Source of the DNA: Piromyces finnis finn
Lineage: Eukaryota; Fungi; Neocallimastigomycota
Length of the DNA: 64,000 nucleotides
NCBI GenBank assembly: GCA_002104945.1
Contig: MCFH01000002.1
Location: forward strand, 124,001-188,000
Reading direction: 5' to 3'
In this document: positions 31,943 through 45,977 of the stretch, in pieces
Layout of the letters: the number at the start of each line of letters is the position of its first letter
Position numbering within the stretch: position 1 is the stretch's first letter
The notes under the pieces: model-generated
Databases searched by the model: none
What the model was told of the DNA's origin: nothing
The model's input: only the letters and a program-made list of their open reading frames with translations
Translations under genes and position numbers: made by a program

Positions 31943-33887
31943 ATAAAATAATCTATATTATCAATAACAAAATAAAGCATTAAAGTTAATATGTTATTAA
32001 TTCAATATGAATTAACATGGTAAGCACTCAGTTATATATATTAGCTATCCAATATATATATATATATACATTAAGATGGAAAATATATAATTTTGATATT
32101 TAATACATATATAATATAATGCAAAATTGTTTTCAAAAAGTTTTTTATTGTGAAAAATATTTGGGGGAAAAATTAAAAGCATTGACATAAAAACTAAAAA
32201 TATTTTATAGCAATTTGTTTATTGTCATAACAATAATGATAAGCATTAACAAGTCTGGTGATGTAATTAATCTATAATGATTTTAATATTAAATATATAT
32301 ATATATCAAATTTCAATTTTTTTATATTATAAAAAAATAAAATAAAATGAAAATGAAAAGAAGAAAAAAAAAAGAAAGAAAGAAAGAGTCTTCTAAAATT
32401 AATGTGTTGAAAAATTATTCTTTAGCTTTTATTATACCCACTTAAGAATACTATATATTTACTTATATTAAAGATAAAATATTTATAAATATTTTTTTCA
32501 TTAGCAAGGGAAAATAATTTGTAATATTAGAATTATAATATTTCAAATTAATAAAAAAAAAAAAAAGTAGAAGAAATATTTTTTTCTCATAATATATGTG
32601 ACTTTTAAAAATGTATATACAATATATGCAGGGTTTTATGTTTTATGTATAGAGGATAACGCGACTTTTCTTATTAAAACGGTCCTTATCATTAGTATCT
32701 ATGAAGTTACTTTTTGGAGTTCCGACGAAATCTTATTGATATGACAAAAAAATATTACTAATATTCTATACAAAGCATTAAATGTAAACATTAACGATTC
32801 ATGGAAGAGTTAATGGACACTGCACCATTATACCGTTAATTCTCTTTTTTATTTCATTTTGCTAAATAGAAACCAGTCTCACACATTACAGAGTTCTTAT
32901 TCAACTTATTCAACTTAAAAAAAATTTCATATTATATTATATTTTATATCTATCATATATATTATTTCCTATATAATGAAAATTTTAATAAATTAAATAA
33001 ATAAATACAAGAATTGCATACCCTTTCTTCTCAAAAAAAAAAAAGATACATGTATAGAAAATATTTAATTATTATTAAAAGAGTAATAATTAAAGTTTAT
33101 TATTTGTTCTTCTAATAATACTATTATATCTTTATAGAGTTTTTAAAGGTTTGAATTAAAAAGTAGAAAATTGTAACACTATATTTAGACTTATATCACT
33201 TATATATAATACTTAAAACATTTCAATTTATTATTTACTCTTTTATAGTAAATAATAAAGTATAAAACTTATTTAAGTTGCATTATGGTCTGATGAGCTC
33301 TGCATTTTGTACTTTTGTACTTTGTGGAATCGGTTCCCATTAAATAAATTAGGTAACATTAGACATGATAGTATAGTGTTCACTAAACTCTCCCATGTAT
33401 TTAATATTTTTAATAAAATACTAACATTAGATTCTGTACCAATATTATTGTACTAAATTTTAACTTATTCTATAACCCAACCCAACAATTATTAAAATAT
33501 TTATTAATTATAATTTATAAATTATTTATGAAATAAATTTAATTAATGATTTTAGGGTTAGTTTTTTTAAAACATGATTTTTACATGATAATAAAATTGA
33601 TATATGTTTCTTTTATGTTGTAGTAATTTAATATTGGTTTATTTATAATTTATTATATTAGGTGAAAATATTTTATTATTATTATTATTATTAACTTCTC
33701 TTGTTAATAATTTCACTTATACTATTGACTAAATGTCATGTGTATGTATACATTAATGAAATTTACATTAAATCTATGATCTACATAAAATAATGTTATT
33801 AATGTAAAAAATGTTAATTTTAAATAGAAATATTTACATGATAACACGTGTATACTAATTATCACTATATTTAAAAACATTATATAC

Positions 33888-33945
33888 TATTATTATTATT
33901 ATTATTATATTATAATTATTATTATTATTATTATTATTATTATAA
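33888..33945. repeat. (TTA)n microsatellite
   Basis: Imperfect run of TTA/ATT units. Confidence 0.7.
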
Positions 33946-34098
33946 TAATTATTTTATTTATTATTAAAAATAAATTAAATCAGTTTAAAAGGATAAAATG
34001 ATTTTTTATATCTTATTTATAAATTATAAATAAAATAAAATAAAATAAATAAGTAAAATTATTGAGTATTTATTATCATCATCATCATTATTATTATC

Positions 34099-34638
34099 AT
34101 GATTTGTTTATCCATTAAATTTATTACATTTTTATTTTTACTTTTCATTAAAGTTGTGTTAAGTGTTCCAACATCCTTAAACCAAACTAATTTTAATAAG
34201 GATGAAAAACAATTTGGTAAATTATTAAAAAATGTTATTGACTATCATCAAATTTGTGATTTACATTACAATCCAGATATGAGTGATAAAGAAATTGCAA
34301 ATTGGTTATCTGATGCTGTTAATTACTCTCTTAACATGGATATTATTAAATATAATATTACAGATTATGAAGATATTCAGGAATTATGTTTAATATATGA
34401 AGATATATTAATTAGTAATTTACAAAAAGCTGATAAAACATTTAATAGTAATGAACATTTTTCTAGAGAAAGTTGTCATTGGTTAAATATTATAGGTTGT
34501 GGCGCATTATATATCACTATCATGGGAACATGTGGTCCTGCAACAATTGCTACAGGAGGTATGGCTTTAATTGGATGTTTAGGTACTATTGGGGCCACCG
34601 GTACCTTATGCATATTGCTTATTGAATATGTAAAATAA
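34099..34638 (+). CDS. Secreted protein with an acidic pro-region and a hydrophobic Cys/Gly-rich C-terminal peptide
   Basis: Intronless 179-aa ORF. Signal peptide, acidic middle region, and C-terminal ~55 aa SCHWLNIIGCGALYITIMGTCGPATIATGGMALIGCLGTIGATGTLCILLIEYVK with five Cys. Confidence 0.7.
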   Translation: MICLSIKFITFLFLLFIKVVLSVPTSLNQTNFNKDEKQFGKLLKNVIDYHQICDLHYNPDMSDKEIANWLSDAVNYSLNMDIIKYNITDYEDIQELCLIYEDILISNLQKADKTFNSNEHFSRESCHWLNIIGCGALYITIMGTCGPATIATGGMALIGCLGTIGATGTLCILLIEYVK

Positions 34639-37600
34639 TAAATAATTGAATTATTAAAAATTAAATATAATATTGAAATAGTTTTTTTTTTTTTTAAAAT
34701 TGAATATATTCCAAATTATAATCCAAATTTAATATGTTTTCCCAAATATTTTGTATTTCTATTAAAATTAGTTGTTTTTAAAAAATAGTATCATTATGTC
34801 ATAATTATTTTTTTTATTAATAATATATTATATTTATTATAATTATCATCCATAGTAAAAAAAAAAAAAAATATAAAACAAAGATAAAAATACAATACAA
34901 TACAATACAATAGGTAGGAACAATTATTTACACTATTATTATTAGTAATATTATACATTATAATAGTATAGATTTTTTAAAATTAATGATAGATTTATAA
35001 ATTTAAAAATTTTATTTATAATTGAAGTTTCAATTCAAAGTATAATTAAAAAATGAATTACTTTTTGTACACTTTACATTACATACACACATATAATAAT
35101 ATTTATATGTTATTCCGTTATTTTATTTTTATTTCATTATTTTTTTTTTTTTTACTTAACTAATAAATGGTTTTATAAATAAGGTTAAAAAAGAGAAAAA
35201 ATTAAATTGGAAATGTAAGATCATGTGATTATATAAAAAATAAAATTAATAAAAAGCAATTATAAAGTTTAAAACACTTTTAATAAAAAACTATATGTTA
35301 CCCACGTGTGTTCATAAATGTATAACATAGAAAAATAAAATTATGTGTCCATAAATGTTCACAATTATTATATTATTATTATAGTTAAGAAATTCTATTT
35401 ATAAAAAGTTATAAACTAGAAATGCAAACGTAGTTATTTATCATCAATATTCTTTATATAGAATAAATATCATCTTTTTTCTTTATTCTATATCGATGAT
35501 ATTAATATATAGATTTAGTTTACTCTTAAAAGATAACATACAAAAATAAATTAAATTAGTAAATATTTATTTATAAATAATTATTTGTATTTCTACAATA
35601 ATCTTTCATATTATTATTTGCTAAATAAGCAAAATGGTTAAAAATACAGGAATAGACTGTTGAAATATTTATTTTTTTTTTATAGTATAGCTTCCCTTTA
35701 ATTATCAAAAAATCTAATAACCCATATAATTATCATTGTAAATATATAGAAAACATATTTAAAGCAAAGAAAATAATTAAATTAGTTAAATATAAGAATA
35801 TTTATCATGTAAGATAAACAAAAGATAGAATTATTAAACCATCTATATTTTAATGACAAATCCATAATTCCTATGAATATTATGTTTTATAAAAGTTTAT
35901 AAAACATAATATACATATCTCTAAAATTTAATTATTAAAAAATAATTTAAGCATCCTTTTTATAATCACTAAAAATATTAAAAAGTTTCTTATTATCACT
36001 ATTGTTGTTATCATTGTTTTATAATTGTATTCAATTATTTTACGAAATGGACTTTTTTTAAGTTAATCCACCATACAATTATCAAAAATAATAATAAAAA
36101 AAGAATGAATTAAAAGCATTTTCAGTTATTTATTTCTAATATATTATAATGTATAATGTATTAATTTAATAATATTGATAATATATTGTAATTTTCTTTT
36201 ATAAATAATTTTTTTTCCTTGGTTATAAAGTTAAACAAATTTCATAAAATTTTATATATTAATTGTTTCATATTAAAATGTATCCTTTTAAATTAAGTGA
36301 AAAGACTTTTTACGAATAAATAATTTAATAATATATTTTTAATATGTTTTTAATAAATTTATTATGATATATTACATATAATAAAAATTTAATTAAATAA
36401 AGTATTATTTCTATTTTCCAACTTTGGAAAAAAAAAATAAACTATAATTTATTTAATTCTTTAGTATATATTCTATATTTTTAATCACTTATACATACAT
36501 TAGGTTTTGTTTTTACATCAATAAATTATGATGATAAAGCTTATACTTTTTTCCTTATTTTTCTATTATAAGAATTTAATTATTTTAAATCTATATTAAC
36601 ATAGGAATTATAATTATTATTAATTATTATATAATATTTAGCCTTTCAATTAAATAATCATATTTCCAAATATATGTAAAAATATATATATTTAGTTTTT
36701 GTAAAGGATATATTTAATATTATATTTAATATATAATATGAAACTTTATTGTATATAAAAATTTTAGGAAATTTTTAAAAGTTATAAATTATCAATAAAA
36801 TCTTTATTTTATTGAAAAAAAATATTTTTTTAATAATAAATAAAAAAAATATACTTAGTAAATTACCTAAAATAACCATTTGTTTCCTACTTTAAATTTT
36901 ATTTTTGTTTTTATAAATACATCTATAATTATTATTTATAATTATTATAAATTTATTATTTTGAAATAAAAGCATAATAAAGTTTTTATTTACATATATT
37001 TTTTATTCAAATGGTATATGGTTTATACATATAATTAAAAAGTTATTAAATATATTGCTTTGTGTAACCAACTACTAAATTTTGAATCTTAATTTATGAT
37101 AAACTTTTTTTATAATATTTACAATGTTTACAAATTTATTTTTTATATTTAATGAAAATATTTTTATAGTTTTATTAACAATTACAAAACTTTCATATTT
37201 AAACTATTTAATGTTAAAAGTATGTTTAATTTATAATTAAATATAGTTATATAATGAAAATATCAATTATTACAAAAAAAATCTTAAGAATCTTTCAAAC
37301 AAGTAAATTAATATTCATTAAATATTAAAATTTTCAAAAAACCCTTGTAAATTATATATCATTTAAATATAACATATTATTAATATATTACAATTTTTAA
37401 TTCAATTGATATATATATTTATTATAATATAATAAATAAATTGGTTTAAATATTTTTTAAATATATATAACATATTACAATTTATTCCAAATTATATTTT
37501 AAATTTAAATTTTTAATTTATAAATAACCAATAAGAAAGAAGAAGTAATTTAATACATAAAAAGAATAAATAGATAAATGAAATTCTAAATTATCAATAT

Positions 37601-38180
37601 ATTAATAGAAATTTTCTAAATAACAAACTTTAGCTTTTTATTCTATATTTTTTATTTATTTCTGTATAATTCAATCAAAATCACAATTTTTTCTATATAT
37701 TTTTTATTCATTTCTGTATAATTCAATCAAGAGACAACTATTGAAATATTTCCATTTTATTAATTTTTATTTACTAAATAAAAGATAAAATAAAGATATT
37801 AATATACCTTTATTTTAATAAATAGATTTGTTTAAAAATTTTTTCTTATATAACATGTATCAAATATTAACTTTATTTTAAAACAATTTATATATCTAAT
37901 ATCAATTCATAATTTCCATTCTATATATTATTTGTATTTAATAAAAAACATAAACATATTTTTTAGCTTTTTTTTTTAATATTCTATAATTACAGGTTTA
38001 TTAAAACTACTATATATAGAAAGATTTATATTTTGATTTTTTTTTTTTTTAAAAAAAGCTCTTATTTAATAAAAATATTAATTATTAATATAAAGTAATT
38101 TATTTTCTGTGATCGAGAACTTTTTTTTTTTGGAAGAAAGAAAAAATCTATAAATTCTAAATTATATTATAAAAGTTGGC

Positions 38181-38211
<31 letters not shown>

Positions 38212-39311
38212 TAAATCTTTTTTTAAATTTCAGATTTATATATAAAATACATAAAACAAATTGACCTTTTTTTCATTCACCAATTTATGAAAAAATATTG
38301 TCATTTTCTACAATAATTAAAAAAATAAACCTTTATTTTTTTTTTATTTTACTAAAAGATTTTTTGTTCTTTATTTATTTATTTATTATTGGTATAAACA
38401 TATTTATTAAGATTTTATATTAATATAGTTTATAATATATTATCTCATTTAAATCATTATATAATATATTATATAATGATTTAAATGAGATAAATTGAAT
38501 TAAATAAAAATTCAAATTAAGTATAATATATATAAAAAAATAATATAAACTTTATTAATTAATAAATTTGTATTAAATATAATAAAAGTGCAAACTTTAA
38601 TAATTATTTTTATTATATTTATAGAAATTAAAAAAATGTTTTGATTTTAATTTTTAGTTGAATTACGTTAAATTAATTTAATGTATATTATATTTTAAAT
38701 TTCCAAAATATATAAAAACTAGATGTATTACTTCAAAAAAAATTTTTATAGTTATAAAAAGAAAAAGAATAAACAATGATAAATATTTAGTATATATAAT
38801 TCATAGAGTTAATTAGTTATTTGTATTTATTATTTTAGAAAATTATATATATAAAGCATTATTATTTTACATATCTAAAGAAACAATTATATACTTAGCA
38901 CTTTTAAGATAATAACTCGTTAGATTTTTATTTTATAAAATAAAAATATTATAAATAATAAGATTTTATATTACATATTCAAAATCTGCTAAAAGATATT
39001 TAATACTTAAAAAAATATATTATAAAATATAAAAAATGGATAGATGTATATATGGAAATGATTTAGAACTAAAGAGAAAGCTTCTTATAAAAAAAGAAGA
39101 CGAAGCAACGTAAATATTCATAGTATATATACTTTAATTTATGAATAATAAATAAAAATGGTCATAATATATATTTAAAAATTAACATAGAAAAAAAATG
39201 CTTATTTGAAATATACTAACTATATTTTATATATATACATATTATATAAAAATAAAAAAAAAAAAAAAAAAAAGAAAAACCATTTATGAAATAGATAATA
39301 TTATCGACAGA

Positions 39312-42300
39312 ATGGACATTCGTTTTAAAAGTGATAAAGATGATATTGCAATTGTTTCAAAGGAAAATTTATTAGTTAAACCATTCCAAGGAAAACCAAG
39401 CCCAGAATATCCAGCACCATGGTTAACAGTAACTTACGGTGAATTTGGTGATCTTATTAAAGCTTGTGCATATGTATTAAAAAAGAAATACGATCTCGCC
39501 CCAAATAGTAGAGTAGGAATTATAGCAAATTTTACTCCACTTAATCATTTATTACTTTATGCATTATGGTATAATCGTTGTGCAATTGTTCAAATTCCAA
39601 CAAAATTGGGAAACGAAGTAAAGCAATTTTGGTGTAGATTATTAAATTTAAAAATGATTTTCTATGATATTAACTTTGAACCATTTGATACAGAAGAAGA
39701 TATTAATATGATGAAAGAAAATGATGAGTGGGTTTGGAAATGGCAACTTCCATTAACTGAAAATGAAAAGAACTTAGATGCAGGTCAGGAAGGTATATTA
39801 GCTGTTAATCTTTTTTCAGAAACCTTTAGAAATGAAATTCTTGAAGCCAAAAATCAAGGAAAAAAATTCCAACGTAAAGGCTATGAAGAAGATGTTATTT
39901 ATATTATTGGTACTTCATCCTCATCCCAAGCCATTATCAAAAATGGACAATGTTCAGGTATATCTTTTAGAAAGTTTAAAAAATTATAATATTATTTTGT
40001 AATATAAATGACAATTTTTTAATAATTGTTTTTAAATTATATTTATTTTATCAATTTAAAACTCTATAGAAATGAAATTTGTTCCAATGACTACATATCA
40101 AAGTGGTGAATCATATAATTATTCTATATTAAAAGACTTAAAAATAAAACCAACATTTATGATAAATATTCCAGTTAGCCATACTTTAGGTTATTATTCT
40201 TGTGTTCTTCACAATATTCAATTTGGAGGTGCTGTAGTTTATCACACACAGCAATTAAGAGACGTTGGATTTATCCCTGAAATTATTTTAGATGATATGG
40301 TAGAAACTAATGTTGATCATACACTTTTATTCCCATTCCATTTCTCTTTAATTAAAAAATTGTTTGATGAAAATCACCCACATTGTGAGAAATGGAAAAA
40401 ATTCATATCATCTAGAAGTAACTGCTTCTTTAAAACTGGTGGTGCACCAATGAGCGATGAAATTGATAATTGGTTATTCGAAACTTTTGGTATTAGATCC
40501 TTCCAAGATTATGGTTCTTCTGAAGCTGGTTCAATTATGAATTCGGATTTCTCTAAACCAGCCCTTCCAGGAGAAGAAACTTATCTTTCGAAGAGACCAT
40601 GGGCTGATATCTATTTAAAACCAATTGATGATGATCCAAATATTGGTGAATTGCATGTTCGTAGTCCAACAAATACTACTGGTTATATTAGAAAGGCAGA
40701 AATAGGTGAATTTTATGAATCGAGTATGCCAAGTATGCGTACTGATATTGGAGCAGAATCCTTATTTACATATATTAATGGTGAAAAGTTTTTAAAAATA
40801 AATGATATATGGAGACGTAGTCCAAAATCTGGAAAATATAAGTATATTTCTAGAATTGATGACGTTATTGTATTTTCTACTGGTCTTAAAATGAATCCTA
40901 TACCATTTGAAAGTACTGTTACTAAAGAATGTAATAATATTAAATATTGTTGCTTAATATTGGATAGCAGTAAGTCTGAAGTTGTTTGTTTTGTTGAACC
41001 AGAATGGAAAAAAATTATTATGGAAAATGGACAATTAGTTGACACTTCAATTGATTCTTCCACCTTAAATAAAGATGAAATTGGTAAACTCGGAAAAGCT
41101 GCTCAAAAGCAAATTTGGAACTCACTTTATTCTGTTCTTATGGATGACTCCAAAAGTTTAACTTCATGGGCTAAACAATTAACTATTAATAATATATTTG
41201 TAATTGAGTATGGAAAGCAATTACCAAGAACTGAAAAAGGATCAATTTCTAGAAGAATTACAAAGGTTGAATATGAAAATGTTTTACAAAAGATTTCAAA
41301 GCTTATCTCTGGTGAAATTAAAACTCTTGAAAATTTTGATAGTGATGATGAAGTCACTGAAATAATTTCTAGAGAAATTAATTCGGATAATAATGATGAT
41401 GACGAAAGCGAAACATTTGATGTTGAAAATATTTCTGATTACAACAGTGAATATGATGAAGAAAGTGATGAAGAAGACGAAACAAGAGTTGAATCAGCTA
41501 ACTCTGAAGAAAATCAAATTGGAGAAAAAATTAATGAAGCTATTCGTATTATTCATGAATCTATTAAAGAAATTATTCCATCTACTCCAGATTTTTTAGA
41601 ATTTAATGCAGAAGCCCCATTTACTATATACGGTATTGAATCTTTAGCAACTATTAAATTAGCAAACATTTTATCAAGAAAATTCAATAAAAGATATTCA
41701 CCAGCTATTCTTTTTAATTATGGTACCACCATGCTTCTTGCTAAACATATAACTGGATATGAAAACACAAGTTACAGCAGTCAATTATTGGATAAAATCC
41801 CAAAGGAATTAGATAACAAAAGCTCCAACAAAATTGCAATTATTGGTATGGCACTTCGTTTACCTGGTGCTATCAATAACTCAAAATCTTTATGGATGGC
41901 TTTAGCAAAGGGTAAAGATTGTGTATTACCTCCAGTTAAAACTAGAGATTTACACACTCGCTATGCTAATAAATCAGCTGATCAATTAGAATTAGATGAA
42001 CATTATCTTCCACGTATTGGTTGTTATGATACTCGTAATAGTGTTGCAAAACCATCTGAATTTGATGCTTCATTTTTCAATTGTTTACCAGATGAAGCAG
42101 TTGCCTTAGATCCAAGACATCGTTGGATTTTAGAAACTAGTTGGGAAGCTTTAGAAAATGCTGGAATTGCACCAAATTCATTAAAAAAGACTACAACAGG
42201 TGTTTTCATTGGTATTAACAATGAGCATGAGCATGAAGATTTATTACATGATTGTGGTATTATCCCCCCATTAGCTTCACATGCTACTGCACAAAGTAGT

Positions 42301-44403
42301 ATTGCTGGTCGTTTAAGTTACTTTTATCAATTATTTGGACCTTCATATACTATTGATACTGCATGTTCTACCGGTAGTTCTGCACTCCATTCTGCCTGCC
42401 AGTCATTACAATGTAATGATTGTAATTTATCAATTGTAACTGGTGTAAAATATATGTATTCTTCTAAGGAATTCCATAAAACATGCTCAGCTCGTATGAC
42501 ATCACCAAATGGTCGTTGTGCTACCTTTGATGCTAGCGCTGATGGATTTGCCCAAAGTGAAGGTTGTGTCACATTTATATTAAAGCGTTTTGATGATGCT
42601 GTTCGTGATAATGATAATATCTTAGCTGTTGTTCTTGGTTCCGCTAGTGGTCAAAGTGGTTTAAGACAATCTATTAGTGCTCCTTCTTCTGAAGGTCAGA
42701 CTGTTAGCATTAAGAGAGCTATGGAAAAAGCCGGTATTACACCAGAACAAGTTAGTTTCGTTGAAGCTCACGGTACTGGTACACCATTAGGTGATGCACT
42801 TGAAGTCCATGCTCTTAATCAAGTTTATGGTGGCAGTCACACTGAAGAAAATCCATTAATTGTTGGTAGTATTAAGTCCAATATTGGACACACATGTGAA
42901 GCTGCTGGTCTAGCCAGTATTGCTAAGGTTATCGTTGCTATGAAGTATAATCTTATTCCAAGAAATATTCACTTTAATGAACTTAATCCAGAAATTGATC
43001 TTTCAACTATTCCAATGAAAATTCCAACCAAAACATTACCATGGAATCCACCAAATGATGATACACCACTTATTGCTCAAGTATCTTCCTTTGGTTTACA
43101 AGGTAGCATTATTGTCACCTTCTTAGAACAATATGTTCCAGAAAAGAAGATAGCCCTTCCTAAGAAAGAACAACATATCTTAACAATTAGTGCCAAAACA
43201 TACCCTGCTTTATTAGATTTATACGATAACTATTGTAGCATTCTAGAAAATATGGATGATGATGAAGATATCAGTAATTTATGTTATACATCCAATATTG
43301 GTCGTGAACACTTTGCCTACAGATTGGTTGCAACTGGTACAAATCCATTAACACTTTATAATAGTTTAGAAGAAGAAATGGAAAAATTAGAAAAAAAGCA
43401 CGACAGTGAAGAAAGTGAAGAAAATGACAGTAGTGATAACAAAAAAGCTCATGGTCCACACATTTATCTTTATGCTGAAGATAATAATAAAATTATCTCA
43501 GAAGACGTTTTTAAATGTGTATCAGAACTCTATAACAGTCAACCAGTATTTAGAAAGGTTATTAAGAACTGTGATAAGGAAATCATGGAAATTACTCATC
43601 AACAATATTCATTAGTTAAGGATATTGCCAGTTTAGGAAAAGAAGAAAAGAAAGATATGCCTTATATTAATAATATTATTACATTAGCTATTCACCACGC
43701 CTATTATAAATTAATGAAGTCTGTATATTCTGTAGATAATTCTTTATTCATTGGTTATGGTTATGGTGAACTTTCTGCTATTCTTAATGCAGGTGGTATT
43801 TCCTTTAAAGCAGCTTCACAGTTACTTAAACTTTTAATCCTTCCAAAGGCTGGTGTAATCTTTAGATCAATTAAGAAATGGTACAAAGTAGTAAATAAGA
43901 ATTTCAAATTGAATTCAAATACTTTCACTCTTTCAAACCACCATGAATACAAAATTGGAAAGTCTATCCCATTAAACTACTGGATTTCTATGGTAAAGGT
44001 TCTCCTTAACAATGACAGATTAAAAGAAAAATATATTTCCAAAGGTAATAACTACATCATTAAGACCTTTGGTGAAACCATGAAAGAAATGAATATATTC
44101 TCTATAAAACCAGAATTATGTTGTATGATTGATGGTTCTATGACTGGTGTCTCTGATAAATTACAAATTCAAAATATGTCTCAAATCAATATTTTATCCT
44201 TCAATGTAAGTGATATTGAAGAATGTAAAAAGGCTTTCGTTGATTTTATTATTGAAAACTATAAATCAGGTAAAGAAATTAACTGGACTGAATTCCATAA
44301 GAGACAAGATCAAGAAACTAGAAAACCATATTCATTACAAAAAATTGAATTACCAACCTATCCATTCCAACGTTTTACTTTTTGGCCAAAGCCAAAAAAT
44401 TAA
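39312..44403 (+). CDS. NRPS-like/PKS hybrid: adenylation domain - ACP - ketosynthase - vestigial acyltransferase
   Basis: Exons 39312-39957 and 40070-44403 join in frame (1659 aa). A further 5' exon 39036-39109 spliced to 39311 is also in frame, so the start is uncertain. A-domain motifs LTVTYGEF, QDYGSSEAG, SRIDDVIVFSTGLKMNP, PRTEKGSISR; ACP GIESL (Ser at 41641); KS triad DTACS (42364), EAHGTGT (42769), KSNIGH (42889); AT site reads GYGYGE; ends with the post-AT linker LPTYPFQR. Confidence 0.88.
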
Positions 44404-45977
44404 AACTAGTATAAAAAAAAAATAACAAATTAAAAATTATAAAAATTATAAATTATATATTTAAAAAAAAGTAAAATATAAAAATATAAAAATTAAAAAT
44501 TAAAAAATTACAATGTTAATAATGATTATATTTAAATAATAAGTTATAAATTAAAAAATAATTATACCTAAACAAATAGATAATTATAATTATAATTATA
44601 ATTACAATAAATAGTAAGCATTAAATAGCTGTATGTAAAAGATAATACAATTTGATAATACTATATAACCATATTAGAAAAATTTATGTAAAATAAATAG
44701 AAAAATATAGATTAATAAACAATTTAATACCTAAAGAAAATATATATATGTATATTACATATCAATCTACAATAAATAAATAAATATTCAATAATTAATC
44801 CCAATCAAAATTTAAATTATATTTCTTTTTTTTTATTATTATTTTTTCTTATAATTGAAAATGATTAATGCTGTTGATTTTTTTTTTTTTTTATAACTAA
44901 ATAAGAAGAAAATGACCAAATAAAAAAATATGTACGTATATGTATGTACAGTATTTATTCATTTTAAAATGTTATTGTTTAAAAAGTGGTACTAAAAAGA
45001 AAAAAATAAAAATAAAAAAATAATTTTATAAATTCTAAATCATAATAAAAAATAAAAATTTGATAAGATTATATTGTAATCAATCAAAGTAGAATATATA
45101 GTTATTGTTATTATAGATTATTATAGATTATTATTATTACTATTACTATTATAGTTGTTGTTGTTGTTGTTGTTATTGTTGTTATATAAATTAAATATTA
45201 ATAACTATAGTTAAATACTTGATAATCACGTGTTATCATATAAGTAAATATTTCTATGTATAATTAACATTATTTATGTTAATTATATAAACCATGGATT
45301 TAATGTAAATTTCATTAATGTATGCATACACATGCCATTCATTAGTATAAATTTTATCTATTTTATTTTCATTTAATATTTTAATTTTAGCCTCTTTTAC
45401 TTATTAATAAATAATAAATTAACTAAAATCAAACTAATAAATAATAATAATAATCTTACAGTAAAATTTCATTTTACATATTGAATTTTATAATTTCTTT
45501 TTTCAGTTTATTAATATTTTTATACTTTTCAGTATTTTTAATAAAAAGTACTACTAAATGATTTATTATTATATTGATAAGGTTTATACTTTAATACTAA
45601 ATTCTTATTTACACCATATTCAACAATGTTTCGTTTTATATTTGTATTCTTGAATTTTTATTTTTTTTTCTCTTTCTTTTATATATATTTTTTTGTTAAT
45701 ATTTTTGTAAATAATATATATTTATAAAGTTATTATTTAATACACTTTTAATATTTCTATTAATAAAATCTATTTTTTTTTCATTGAATTATTAAAGAAA
45801 ATTATATATTTCTCTTCTTTTCAATTCAATAAACGATGTATAATTATTGTATAAATGATAATAAATATTTGCATAAAAGTTTCGATAAATAAAATTATTC
45901 ATTAGATTATATTTTAAAATATAAAAAAGAATAAATAGTTCAGAATTCGGGTCATATTTATCTATTTGTTTCCTTCT

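Noticed and set aside
32630-32900. Slightly GC-richer patch possibly encoding an exon or transposon relic (similar patch at 33270-33480)
   Set aside because: No frame gave a recognisable motif or a consistent splice model.
33290-33340. Hammerhead ribozyme core (CTGATGAG)
   Set aside because: No downstream GAAA or closing stems could be found.
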